64,000 bases of DNA, taken from assembly GCA_965203555.1 (NCBI GenBank), contig CBDBCY010000004.1, forward strand, positions 1,120,001 through 1,184,000, read 5' to 3'. The DNA is from Acidimicrobiia bacterium (lineage in GTDB: Bacteria > Actinomycetota > Acidimicrobiia > Spongiisociales > ZC4RG35). This document shows positions 49,834 through 58,844 of the stretch, in pieces (the first letter of the stretch is position 1; each line of letters opens with the position of its first letter). The translations under genes and the position numbers were made by a program. Below the pieces are notes generated by a model. That model saw nothing but the letters and a program-made list of their open reading frames with translations. It was not told where the DNA came from and ran no database searches.

Positions 49834-52332
49834 TCAGGGTCCTTCCGCAAGGCCGAGAGCCCTGGTGAGAAAGGTTGCCATCTGTGCTCGGGTGACCGGC
49901 TGGGCGGGGCAGAAACGGGGCGGGTCGGTGCTGCATCCGACGGTGATGCCGGCTGCGGCGAGAGCGTCGATGTCGGTCTGGTGTGTATTGTCGCCGATGT
50001 CGGTGAATCCTGCCGACTGAGCGTCATCGAGGGGGAAGGCGCGGACCAGGAACGAGGCCATCTGGGCTCGCGTTACGGAGTCGTCGGGGCAGAATCGCGG
50101 CGGGTCGGTCCCGCATCCCCTGGTGATCCCCAGCACTGCCAGTCGCTCGACAAAGGGCGTCCACCAGGCGGCGGCGTCCACGTCTTCAAAGGCCGTTCCG
50201 TCTTCTGCGGGAGGGTCCGGGCCTTCGAGTGCCCTAACGATCCACACCGCCACGGTCCAGCGCTCGATCGGATCGTCGGGGCAGATACGGTTGTCGGCGC
50301 ATTCGGCGCCGTCCAGGACGCCTCTTTCCGCCAGGGTCTCCAGATGCTCGGCGTGAGCGTGACCCACCGTGTCGACGAACGCCCGACCCGGGTCGGGACA
50401 GGCCCACACCCCCGCATTCGCCGTATTGTCGAAAGACGCCCACCAGGCCTGCAACTCCGCAGGTACGCACAGGTCGGTGCCCCCGAGCCGCACGTCCTGG
50501 AGTTCCCCCAGGTCGGAGATACGCTCGGGGAGGCTGCCGGACAGTTGGTTGCCCGAGAGATCGAGCCGCATGAGTCGGCTCAGGTCGCCGATCTCCTCGG
50601 GCGCCGCGCCGACCAGGTTGTTGCCGAACGGGCCGCCGAGGTCGAGTCGGGTGACGCGCCCGGCGGAGTCGGTGGTGACGCCGTGCCATCGGCCCAGGGG
50701 AGTGTCGGTCTTCCAGCCCCAGCTGTTGAACCATGCCTTTCCACCGGTGGCGTCGAACAGCGCCGCCAGCGCCTCCCGATCGGCCCGATGACCGGGCTCG
50801 ACCGAAAGGGCCGGACCGTAGGTGTAGTTGGCGGCGGCGTTCATCATCGCCCTGCGCAGGCGGTTGCAGCTTCCCAGTTGGATGATCATGTGTCTGTTGG
50901 CGATCATTGCGAATGTGAGCGTCTCGCCGCCGGCCGCCACGGTCGTTCCGGCCAGGGCGGTCACGTCGTTGAGGGTGCCCGTCTTGGCTCTCAGAACGTT
51001 GAGGCCGGCCGGGCGTTGACGGACCGGTCGGCAGTTCATCAGCGCTCCCTGCTCACCCGGAACGGACAGGCCCTCCACCACCGGCGATCCCGGACCCGCC
51101 AAGTCGAGCAGCTCCGCCGCGGCGGCGCAGGACAGGCGGCTGTAGGAGGACAGGCCCGAGCCGTCGGCGATCACGACCCCCTCCGACAGCGGTCCCAGCT
51201 TCTCTGCGATGAGCGCCTCGACGCCCGCCGTCGCCGAGGCCCGGTCCGAGTCGGCGATCCGGCGTCCGATCTCTTTGAGAACCATCTCCGCGATGGTGTT
51301 GTCGGAAAAGTTCAGCATCCGGGCGAGGATCTCCGACAGCGGCGGTGACTGGACCGTGCCCAGCAGCGTCCGCTCACCGGGGGCAGGCGCCATCCCGGCG
51401 GCCGGTCTCTGAGTGATCACCATCCCCCGCGCCTCCAGCAGGTCGTCGAAGACCGAAGCGGCGTGCCGTGCCGGGTCCGCGGCGCGCACCCGCCGGAGCC
51501 GGGCCGCGGTGGTCCTCACGGGAATGTAGGACGAATACCCGTCGTTGAGGAGCAGCCCCGACAGGGGCCCGACGTTGTTGGAGGTCACCAGGGACCGCTT
51601 CCACACCGGATCGGCGCCTTCGGCCGGTATCTCCCGGCTGTAGTCGCGTTGGCGGTCGGGATACCAGGACTCGTCTCCCACCAGCCGTCCCTCAATCCTG
51701 GTGATGCCGCGGCTGCGCAGGGTTGCGAACACCCGGTCGGCCAGATCGTTGACGTCGGTGTGGGCGACAGGCTTCTCGTAGCGACTGACGTACCGGGGAG
51801 TGGAGAGCACCGGGTCGCCCTGCCCCACGAGGTAGACGTCGCCTCTCAGCACTCCGTCCGCGGCCGACTCGAAAACGTCTGCGCGAGCGAACACCTTCGT
51901 CGAATAGACCTCGTCGGGACGCATCACCTCCAGGGCGGCTGTGGCGGTGACCACCTTGATCAACGAGGCGGGCACCAGGCTGGCGGCGGACTTTGATTCG
52001 AAGATCGACTCGCCGTCGAGGTTTACCGACACGCACATCGAATCGGGGGCCTCCCACAGGGAAAGCACGGCTTCGAACTCCTCGACCAGCCGCTCTCTCA
52101 CCGCCGGGTCCGGTGAATCCGACTCGCTGAGGGCGACGGCAGGCGACAGCGCCGAGGCGACGACCGCCGTCATCACGAGGGCGGCGACGGGTCTTGCCCA
52201 ACCACGCGCCCGGTGTCCCATGGGGCTCCCGCGCGGTCCCGGCCTTCGATACCAGGGATTCGGGCGGGCGGCGACTTGCCGTGTCTTCGATGAACGACTC
52301 ATCCAAAAAGCGAGTCTATGGCATTCGGCCAC
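49834..52332 (-). CDS. dacB: D-Ala-D-Ala carboxypeptidase/endopeptidase (PBP4, peptidase S13) fused to LRR and SLH domains
   Basis: PASLIK (SxxK), FSDN (SxN) and AKTGTL (KTG). WHGVT...LDLSGNQLSGSLP LRR. Three SLH repeats (VTRAQMA). Start probably near 52221. Confidence 0.88.
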   Translation of the reverse strand: MAECHRLAFWMSRSSKTRQVAARPNPWYRRPGPRGSPMGHRARGWARPVAALVMTAVVASALSPAVALSESDSPDPAVRERLVEEFEAVLSLWEAPDSMCVSVNLDGESIFESKSAASLVPASLIKVVTATAALEVMRPDEVYSTKVFARADVFESAADGVLRGDVYLVGQGDPVLSTPRYVSRYEKPVAHTDVNDLADRVFATLRSRGITRIEGRLVGDESWYPDRQRDYSREIPAEGADPVWKRSLVTSNNVGPLSGLLLNDGYSSYIPVRTTAARLRRVRAADPARHAASVFDDLLEARGMVITQRPAAGMAPAPGERTLLGTVQSPPLSEILARMLNFSDNTIAEMVLKEIGRRIADSDRASATAGVEALIAEKLGPLSEGVVIADGSGLSSYSRLSCAAAAELLDLAGPGSPVVEGLSVPGEQGALMNCRPVRQRPAGLNVLRAKTGTLNDVTALAGTTVAAGGETLTFAMIANRHMIIQLGSCNRLRRAMMNAAANYTYGPALSVEPGHRADREALAALFDATGGKAWFNSWGWKTDTPLGRWHGVTTDSAGRVTRLDLGGPFGNNLVGAAPEEIGDLSRLMRLDLSGNQLSGSLPERISDLGELQDVRLGGTDLCVPAELQAWWASFDNTANAGVWACPDPGRAFVDTVGHAHAEHLETLAERGVLDGAECADNRICPDDPIERWTVAVWIVRALEGPDPPAEDGTAFEDVDAAAWWTPFVERLAVLGITRGCGTDPPRFCPDDSVTRAQMASFLVRAFPLDDAQSAGFTDIGDNTHQTDIDALAAAGITVGCSTDPPRFCPAQPVTRAQMATFLTRALGLAEGP

Positions 52333-53025
52333 ACAAGCGTGGGAACCACCAGCGCCGGGGCATTCCCATCACCGTTAGGTTGAATTATCGGGTGAAGCCA
52401 ACGAGACGGACCGGAGACGGACCGAGGCCGACCACCATCGGGAGCCTTGCAGTCTTCATAGCGTCTTTTGACGCCCGGAATCGTACTTGTGATGCCCGGA
52501 TTCGTACTTGGCGCGGCGGGAGACGCTATTTCCCAGCAAGCATCACAGCACACTCCGAGAGACCGCTACGGTGCGTAGAGGGCAGGAGCGTCTCGGGGAT
52601 AGGATGTTGCTCTGCGGAATGGGGCAAAGCGTTCTGCCGACAACTGACTCTCGAGTTCTCCGGCGGTCATACTCGGTTGGGTTCATCGTCTTGGACGCTT
52701 GGTATTCTTCGTTGGTGAAAGCCCCGGTCTGGTGGCCTACCCGCCACCCCCGGGGTTGTGTTATGACCTTCCGTAGGTTCACCAGGCAGCGTGGCAGGGT
52801 CCGGGGGGAAGAAACCGACGCGGACGTGGCTCGGGGGTCAGTGCCATTGGGCCGAAAGAACCCGTTACGCCCAACCCCCGGTCATCCAATGGACTGATGG
52901 AAGGACATCTTCCGGCCCAATTTGATGACGGCAAACGGGGACCGGAGGAGGCGCAGACCCCTCTCAGTCCTTGCAGATCGTCGTGTAAGGCGGCCACTCT
53001 CGGGGCCCTCCGACCCGCAGTCGGG

Positions 53026-54030
53026 TCAGGCGAGTCCGCGGGCCAGGTAGTCGATGACCACGGCCGGGTAGAGGGGGTCGAACGGGCGAGCGAAGTTCTG
53101 CATGGTGATCTTCTCCTGAACCCGGGTCTCGTAGTCCTCGGCGTCGAACTGAAACGAATGGTTGCCGGCTGGAAGAATGCGTAGTTCTACATCCCGGTTT
53201 CCGGCGGCCCACATGGCGCGGACGGTGTCGAAGGCGTCCTCCACCGGGACGTTCAGGTCCTCCGAGGAGTGGAGCACGAGAGTGGGAGCGGCGAGAAGGC
53301 GGAACTGGTCTTCGGGAGGGAAATCCAGGTCGTATCGGAGACTCGACAGGTCGCGGGTGGTTGTCACACCGTCGATCTCGGCTTCGGCGACCGATTCGCC
53401 ACGCTCGATGGCGCCGACGATGGCATCCAGCATCAGCGCATCCTCATACGCCTTGGGAGAGTGCTCCCGGAGCCATGCCACCTGCTCTTCGCCGAGTTGC
53501 ATGTAGTCGCGCACCAAGCCGTAGTTGTACCTGAACAGATCTGCTATGGACCGGTACAGGGCGCCCTGTAGCACCGCCGCGTCGGGTTGGCAGACCTCGA
53601 GCGCCACCCGGCACAGGACGTAGGCGCCGGCGCTGTGACCCAGCATGGCTGCTTTCCCGCTGCACTCGGGCAACTCTCTGACCCAGCGCCACACCGCTCC
53701 GGCGTCAGCGACCTCCTGGGGACGCTCCACCCCGAATTCTCCGGTGCTCTCGCCGGCGCCTCTCCGGTCAAACCGGTAGGAGGCGATGCCGGCTTCCGCC
53801 AACCCGCGCGCCAGGATCTTGTACATGCCGCGCTTGGGAGCGTCGGGGAACCGCCTCGGATCGGCGTCCGCGTCCCGCAGGTCGGAGAAGGTCCCGCCCA
53901 GCAGGAGGGTGACGGGCCACGGTCCGTCTGTGGTGGGACACGTCAGGGTTCCGGCTAGGGTGGCGCCGTCGACCTCGACGGACCGGTCCTCCTCGCGGAA
54001 GGTCGGTCTCGAGTCGGCGGGGTCGCCCAT
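53026..54030 (-). CDS. Alpha/beta hydrolase
   Basis: LAGTLT.P, RFDRRGAGES, nucleophile GHSAG, LHSSEDLNVP and GNHSF. Confidence 0.9.
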   Translation of the reverse strand: MGDPADSRPTFREEDRSVEVDGATLAGTLTCPTTDGPWPVTLLLGGTFSDLRDADADPRRFPDAPKRGMYKILARGLAEAGIASYRFDRRGAGESTGEFGVERPQEVADAGAVWRWVRELPECSGKAAMLGHSAGAYVLCRVALEVCQPDAAVLQGALYRSIADLFRYNYGLVRDYMQLGEEQVAWLREHSPKAYEDALMLDAIVGAIERGESVAEAEIDGVTTTRDLSSLRYDLDFPPEDQFRLLAAPTLVLHSSEDLNVPVEDAFDTVRAMWAAGNRDVELRILPAGNHSFQFDAEDYETRVQEKITMQNFARPFDPLYPAVVIDYLARGLA

Positions 54031-54062
54031 CTACTCGCCGGGTGCGCCGTGGGTCATGACAC

Positions 54063-54500
54063 CTATCCGGGGAAGGTGACCGGGCCCACCACATCCTCGA
54101 CGTCGTCGGCTTCGATCACGTTCCGGCCCCGTCCGATGGCCTCTTCTTTCATCGTGTCGAGGTTCACGCCGGGCGGCGGGGGTGCGAAGCTGAGCACGAA
54201 CGAGACCGTGTCGGAACCCCGGTTCTCCACTCCGAAGGGCATTCCTCTGGGTATGTGCAGCGCGTCTCCCGGCGCCAGTTGCACCCGCTCGGTGTCGAGG
54301 ATCCCGTCGAGATGCCCCTCCAGCATGAACAGCGAAAGCTCGAACAGTTCGGCCTCCTCCGCATCGGGCGGCATGTAACCGCCGGCGGGCACATGGGCCA
54401 CGTAGGAGAACAGTTCCTTCCCCGAAACCAGCGGACGGTAGTAGTAGCCGTCATCGGCATGCTGGTAAGCCTCGACTTCGGTGAACCTTCGGATGTTCAT
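54063..54500 (-). CDS. Cupin-domain protein
   Basis: MLEG.L...L.PGDALHIPRG.P.GVEN motif. Confidence 0.85.
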   Translation of the reverse strand: MNIRRFTEVEAYQHADDGYYYRPLVSGKELFSYVAHVPAGGYMPPDAEEAELFELSLFMLEGHLDGILDTERVQLAPGDALHIPRGMPFGVENRGSDTVSFVLSFAPPPPGVNLDTMKEEAIGRGRNVIEADDVEDVVGPVTFPG

Positions 54501-54672
54501 TGCTACCCCCTGTGAGATCTGTGGTCGCCGCCTGCGGCCTCTTGCCGCACCGGCCAGTGTCGGCTGTGTCGTTGACTCAGCCTAATGAAATCTGGAAACA
54601 ACGAAGGCCCCGAGTGGGAGGTTCACCGCTTTACCGATACTTCGAGAATTCTCCGTTACAGCCGCATGTGAA

Positions 54673-54966
54673 TCAAATGTAGCGGGCGTGGAATACGATC
54701 CAGACATCTCTATCCCTGATACGTCCGTCCTGGCGCAGGGCGATTTCAAGTGACCTGCGCCTGCCGGTGTAGCCGACCGCGACGGTGCTTCGGCTTTGAT
54801 AAAGGCTGTCCAGACGGCGGTCTTTCTGTCCCGGTTGGATCTTTTGCAGTCTGTGTCTGAGCGTTCTTGACACAAATCGAATGTCACTCTCGGCAACATC
54901 GTGTTTCAAAGCTGACCCGATGAGATAGATTTCCGACTCTGCGCGCGGCCAGGGCACTCTCGGCAA
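54673..54966 (-). CDS. Small putative RelE/BrnT-like toxin-fold protein
   Basis: SALKHDV..SDI...VG......LEI...WIVFHA pattern. Confidence 0.45.
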   Translation of the reverse strand: MPRVPWPRAESEIYLIGSALKHDVAESDIRFVSRTLRHRLQKIQPGQKDRRLDSLYQSRSTVAVGYTGRRRSLEIALRQDGRIRDRDVWIVFHARYI

Positions 54967-54992
54967 CCGTCCCCTCCTTTCCTGCTACGTCG

Positions 54993-56060
54993 CTATTGGG
55001 TCCCCTCTAACAGCGGGATGCTTTCGGGCAGGGGACCTCGGTAGAAACGGAGATCATGCTCAGCCATCCTTCGATGTGCTTCGGCCAGTTCCGATCGCTC
55101 ATCCTCCGAATAGCCGCATCTGCTGATGATGTCGTCCACCGTCGCAGTCAGCAGGTCGAACTCCACCAGCCTGTCCTCTTGCTGATGCGGGACGTAAAAG
55201 GCGGTGTCGTGCGGTCCCCTGGGGCCCTCCTTGGCTATGCGCTCCGCTTCCTCGTCCAGGGGGTCGGGATCGTATCGGTCAAATAGGTGAGCAGCGCTCC
55301 TTCGGTTGTGGCCGGCCAAAGTGGCGCTTTCGGCGTCACTCCCCCGGGATCCGCCTGAAATCTCATCGTCCCTCTCTCTTTCAACTACTTCCAAGACTCT
55401 TGCTATGAATCCGGCCATGGTCGCACGGGTGATCAGCGCCGATGGTGCGTAGGTAGTGGATGACATACCCGAAGCAACACCCAACAGGCGTAGCTGAACT
55501 ATGGCGTTGTAGGCGGCGACCGTGACCATGCCCAGGTCGGTGAATGGCGTCCCCGCCTCCGAGACTTGCGTGTTGTGTATCACGTCGGCAGGTGTCCGTC
55601 CACGCTCTTGGAGAAGAGGAATCCGGTTCATCAGATGCTGCAGAAACAGAGCCATCTGTCCGCGGGTGACGGCTTGGGAAGGACTGAAGGTGGTCGTAGA
55701 GGTCCCATATGAGATCTCAAGCTTGGTCGTCAACTGATCGATGGCCGCCCGGGACTCATAGGGGAGTTGAGCGACATCGGAGAACCTCGTATCGCCGGCC
55801 GGGGGGACTTCGATGCCCACTAGCACCGCCAGGCGGATCAAAGACAAGGCCACCTCCTCCCGGGTAACCGCTTGGAGGGGACCGTATGTGTTGGCCGAGG
55901 TGCCCCGGATGATGCCGCGATGCACGACCAGATAGATGTCCTCCTCGTTGGGGTGCCCTGGGGGAACGTCCGCGAACCTCCCGCCAAGCGGCTGATGTGG
56001 TTCAGCGGTCTCGCGAGGCGATGAGCCCCTGTGCTCTTTCAGGCCGGTGGATCCGATCAC
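54993..56060 (-). CDS. SLH-domain protein
   Basis: Three SLH repeats (FADV, VTREEVA, VTRGQMA, ITRATMA) plus an unrelated acidic C-terminus. Confidence 0.8.
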   Translation of the reverse strand: MIGSTGLKEHRGSSPRETAEPHQPLGGRFADVPPGHPNEEDIYLVVHRGIIRGTSANTYGPLQAVTREEVALSLIRLAVLVGIEVPPAGDTRFSDVAQLPYESRAAIDQLTTKLEISYGTSTTTFSPSQAVTRGQMALFLQHLMNRIPLLQERGRTPADVIHNTQVSEAGTPFTDLGMVTVAAYNAIVQLRLLGVASGMSSTTYAPSALITRATMAGFIARVLEVVERERDDEISGGSRGSDAESATLAGHNRRSAAHLFDRYDPDPLDEEAERIAKEGPRGPHDTAFYVPHQQEDRLVEFDLLTATVDDIISRCGYSEDERSELAEAHRRMAEHDLRFYRGPLPESIPLLEGTQ

Positions 56061-56601
56061 AGATTCGATGCTAATGGCGCCTTGGACTTGGGGTTGGTGG
56101 AGTATCGGTCGTCCGTCACCCTGCGACCTTTCTGGTCAGATGAGGTATTAGGTCTCACACCGGCGTTACCGTGCGGCCTTGTCCTCCCTACGGGGACATG
56201 ACGGTTGGATCAGGAAAATGGGCCGCCAAACGTCTTGTCTCTGATCGGTAGCAACCGTACGATGTTTAGGTGTATACCCGGCATTCACCAGCGAGAACTC
56301 CATGGACCACAACCTGAATTTCAACGAAAGAACGCCGGAGGAAGAAACGGCGCTACCGAGTGAAGAACCGCCTGCGGCTACGGGAAGAGCCTCAGACCAA
56401 ACAGGAGCGGCAGGACGCTATCGACATGATCTTCGAAAAGGACAGCGAGTTGCTCCAGATCCTCGCTGACGCCTGATCAGTTCGATTAGGTGAACAGATG
56501 GAGAGAGAGTATCTAGCTGGGTCCCCCTTGAGGATGTTCTGGCACCCTGGATCAGGAAGTGGCTTGTTGTGTGCCTCGGTTCGACGTACATTGGGATCCC
56601 T

Positions 56602-56874
56602 ATGAGCGCCAAGACCAAACAGTGGACCCTCAGGGTGACACCGGCCCAGGACACCATCGTGCGCCGGGTGCTGAGTTCCAACGGGATGTCGCTGAGCGAG
56701 TACGTGGTCAGCCGTGCGGTCGCCTCGGCTGTCCAAGAACTGGCTGACCGTCAGGTCTTTGCCGTGTCCGAAGAGGCATGGGAGAAGCTTCAAGAAGTGC
56801 TCCAACGCCCGGCGACGGCCAGGCCGAAAGTGGCAGCGTTGCTGGCGGGGGACTCAGTACTCGACTCGGGATAG
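56602..56874 (+). CDS. DUF1778 (TacA-like) RHH antitoxin
   Basis: LRVT...IVRR....GMSLSEYV...A.QELAD...F.VSEEAWEKLQEVL.RP. Confidence 0.85.
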   Translation: MSAKTKQWTLRVTPAQDTIVRRVLSSNGMSLSEYVVSRAVASAVQELADRQVFAVSEEAWEKLQEVLQRPATARPKVAALLAGDSVLDSG

Positions 56875-56975
56875 AGCCCATACCGGGGCTGTAACTGCCG
56901 GGCTGCTTCGCATGAAGTTGACAGAGTCGACGGCCGCAATGAGTCGCTCGACAACTGGCTCAAGCGGCGGGCGCC
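56875..56975 (+). pseudogene. GNAT toxin (TacT/AtaT-like) N-terminal remnant
   Basis: HEVDRVDGRNESLDNWLKRRA resembles H....FDCG...LD.WLKR.A. Confidence 0.6.
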
Positions 56976-57059
56976 ACGCCACCGGCTGTGGTCTCTTGCA
57001 GGCGCTCTTCGTCCGCCCGGGAGAGGCTGTGGAGAGCACCCGCCGCCGGCGCCGGATGC

Positions 57060-57250
57060 AGTTGCGCGATCCGGTCAAGCCGCTCGGCAAGGTGGTCTCA
57101 AGATCGTATTGGCTCTGTAACCCCATCCAGAAGAGCGGAGAATTGCCGAAAAAGCTCGCCAGCAGCAGAGCCGTTTCAGCAGTGACGGCCCGTTCGCGCG
57201 GACGATGCCTCACCGGCACGCCTGACGTCGCCCAAACGATCCGAATGAGG
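57060..57250 (-). pseudogene. HigA-family antitoxin remnant
   Basis: RAVTAETALLLASFFGNSPLFWMGLQSQYDL. Confidence 0.75.
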
Positions 57251-57285
57251 TGAGAGGTTGACTGGCCATCTAGTCGTGTCTAAGT

Positions 57286-58761
57286 TAGGGCGTGTTCACA
57301 TTACATACGCGCCGCGGATGAGGTGGAGGTGATGAGAGCGAGGAATCTTAACCGACCGGGAGGCCGGTTCTGTCACCGGCGCCCGGTGGGTGCTTTTCGG
57401 TAGCCGTAGACCTCTGGGGTGAGATTTTTCGGTATTTTAGTGTTTGTTTTCACAACTTGGTGATGTTTTGTCACACCCCCTGTGCATACTGTACACATGA
57501 AACAAGCAGTCAACAGTCGGCGGTCCGCCAACCTGGCCAAGTTGCTGGCGCCCACCATGCCGGTCGTGGACGCGTCGGTTGAAGAACTGAAACAGCGAAT
57601 ACAGTCCACCATCCGCGTCCAGAACCAAGCCGCCGCGGTCCGCGCCCAAGCAGTGTCGGAGTTGCGCCGCCGCCAGGGAACAGAGAAGGTGGAAACGGTA
57701 TTGCGGGAAGACGGTCTGTTGGGCCGTCGGAAGGCCCGATCTGAGGCGGAGACCGCCCGGGGGTTGGAGGAACTGCCCAAAACCCGGGAAGGTTTCCAAA
57801 AAGGAGAGATCTCTGCTGACAACGCCCGTATCCTGGCGGGCGCCAACCAGAGGGGAACCATCAACGAGGACGAATTGTTGGACGGGGCCCGTTCCCAGTC
57901 TCCCGACAAGTTCGCGGCCACGGTACGCAAACACGAACAGGCCCGTGCCCAAGATGATGGTGTTTCCAAGTTGGAGCACCAGCGCTCCCGCCGGTTCGCC
58001 AAGATCACCACCGACCAAGACGACGGAATGACCGTCCTGTACGGGCGTTTCGACCCGGTCACCGGCGCCCGGGTCGAAACCGCGGTGTCTCACATGATGA
58101 AACAACTATGGCACCAAGAAGACCCCAGGGATCGGGCCACTGCGGGTCAGCGGATGGCCGACGCCATAGCCGAACTGGTCACCCGCCAAGGAAAAGGAAA
58201 AGACGGTCGTTCCCAGGGCGCGCGCCTGTTGTTGATCGCCGACTACGACACGATCAGCCAACAGTTGAGCAACCCTCGCCTCGAGAACGGAACCCCCCTC
58301 CCCGCCCGTACCCTGCGACAGTTGGCCTGCGACGCTCAGATCCTCCCCGCCATCTTCTCAGGACCGTCGGTACCCCTGGATTTGGGAAGAGCCCGGCGAA
58401 CAGCCAGCGGTTCCCAACGGGCCGCCCTCGTCGCCCGCGACAAACACTGCATCGGATGCGGCGCCAAAGCCTCCTGGTGCCAGGCCCACCACATCGTCCA
58501 CTGGCAAAACAACGGTCCCACGAACCTGGACAACATGTGTCTTCTGTGCAGCAGATGCCACCACAAAGTACACGACCAGGATTGGACGGTACACAAAACA
58601 CCCACCGGCAAATACACCCTCCGCCGCCCACCAACCACCGACTGGAACCCACGTCGCCGCACCCCCAACCGCTACCGCCCCCCACCCACCCGCAAACGCC
58701 GACGTCCCATGCATCAAAGAAAATGAAACAGCCCGCCACCCAAAAGCGTGAACACGCCCTA
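57286..58761. mobile_element. IS5-like TIR-bounded non-autonomous element carrying a DUF222/HNH gene
   Basis: Perfect 14-bp IR TAGGGCGTGTTCAC (57286-57299) / GTGAACACGCCCTA (58748-58761); no transposase inside. Confidence 0.55.
57497..58726 (+). CDS. DUF222 / HNH endonuclease (REP13E12-like)
   Basis: QRMADA, QLACDA, PLDLGRARR, RDKHC..C, AHHIVHW..GPTNLDN..LLC.RCHH. Confidence 0.9.
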   Translation: MKQAVNSRRSANLAKLLAPTMPVVDASVEELKQRIQSTIRVQNQAAAVRAQAVSELRRRQGTEKVETVLREDGLLGRRKARSEAETARGLEELPKTREGFQKGEISADNARILAGANQRGTINEDELLDGARSQSPDKFAATVRKHEQARAQDDGVSKLEHQRSRRFAKITTDQDDGMTVLYGRFDPVTGARVETAVSHMMKQLWHQEDPRDRATAGQRMADAIAELVTRQGKGKDGRSQGARLLLIADYDTISQQLSNPRLENGTPLPARTLRQLACDAQILPAIFSGPSVPLDLGRARRTASGSQRAALVARDKHCIGCGAKASWCQAHHIVHWQNNGPTNLDNMCLLCSRCHHKVHDQDWTVHKTPTGKYTLRRPPTTDWNPRRRTPNRYRPPPTRKRRRPMHQRK

Positions 58762-58844
58762 GTCGAACCGCTCTTAACCGCGGTTAGATCACAGAGGGCA
58801 TTTGGTTGCCGCATTGAGACGTCATGGGGCGGTAAGGATCCTAG

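Noticed and set aside
52825-52885. c-di-AMP (ydaO) riboswitch
   Set aside because: Only scattered word similarity, the central elements are missing, and it is on the wrong strand for dacB.
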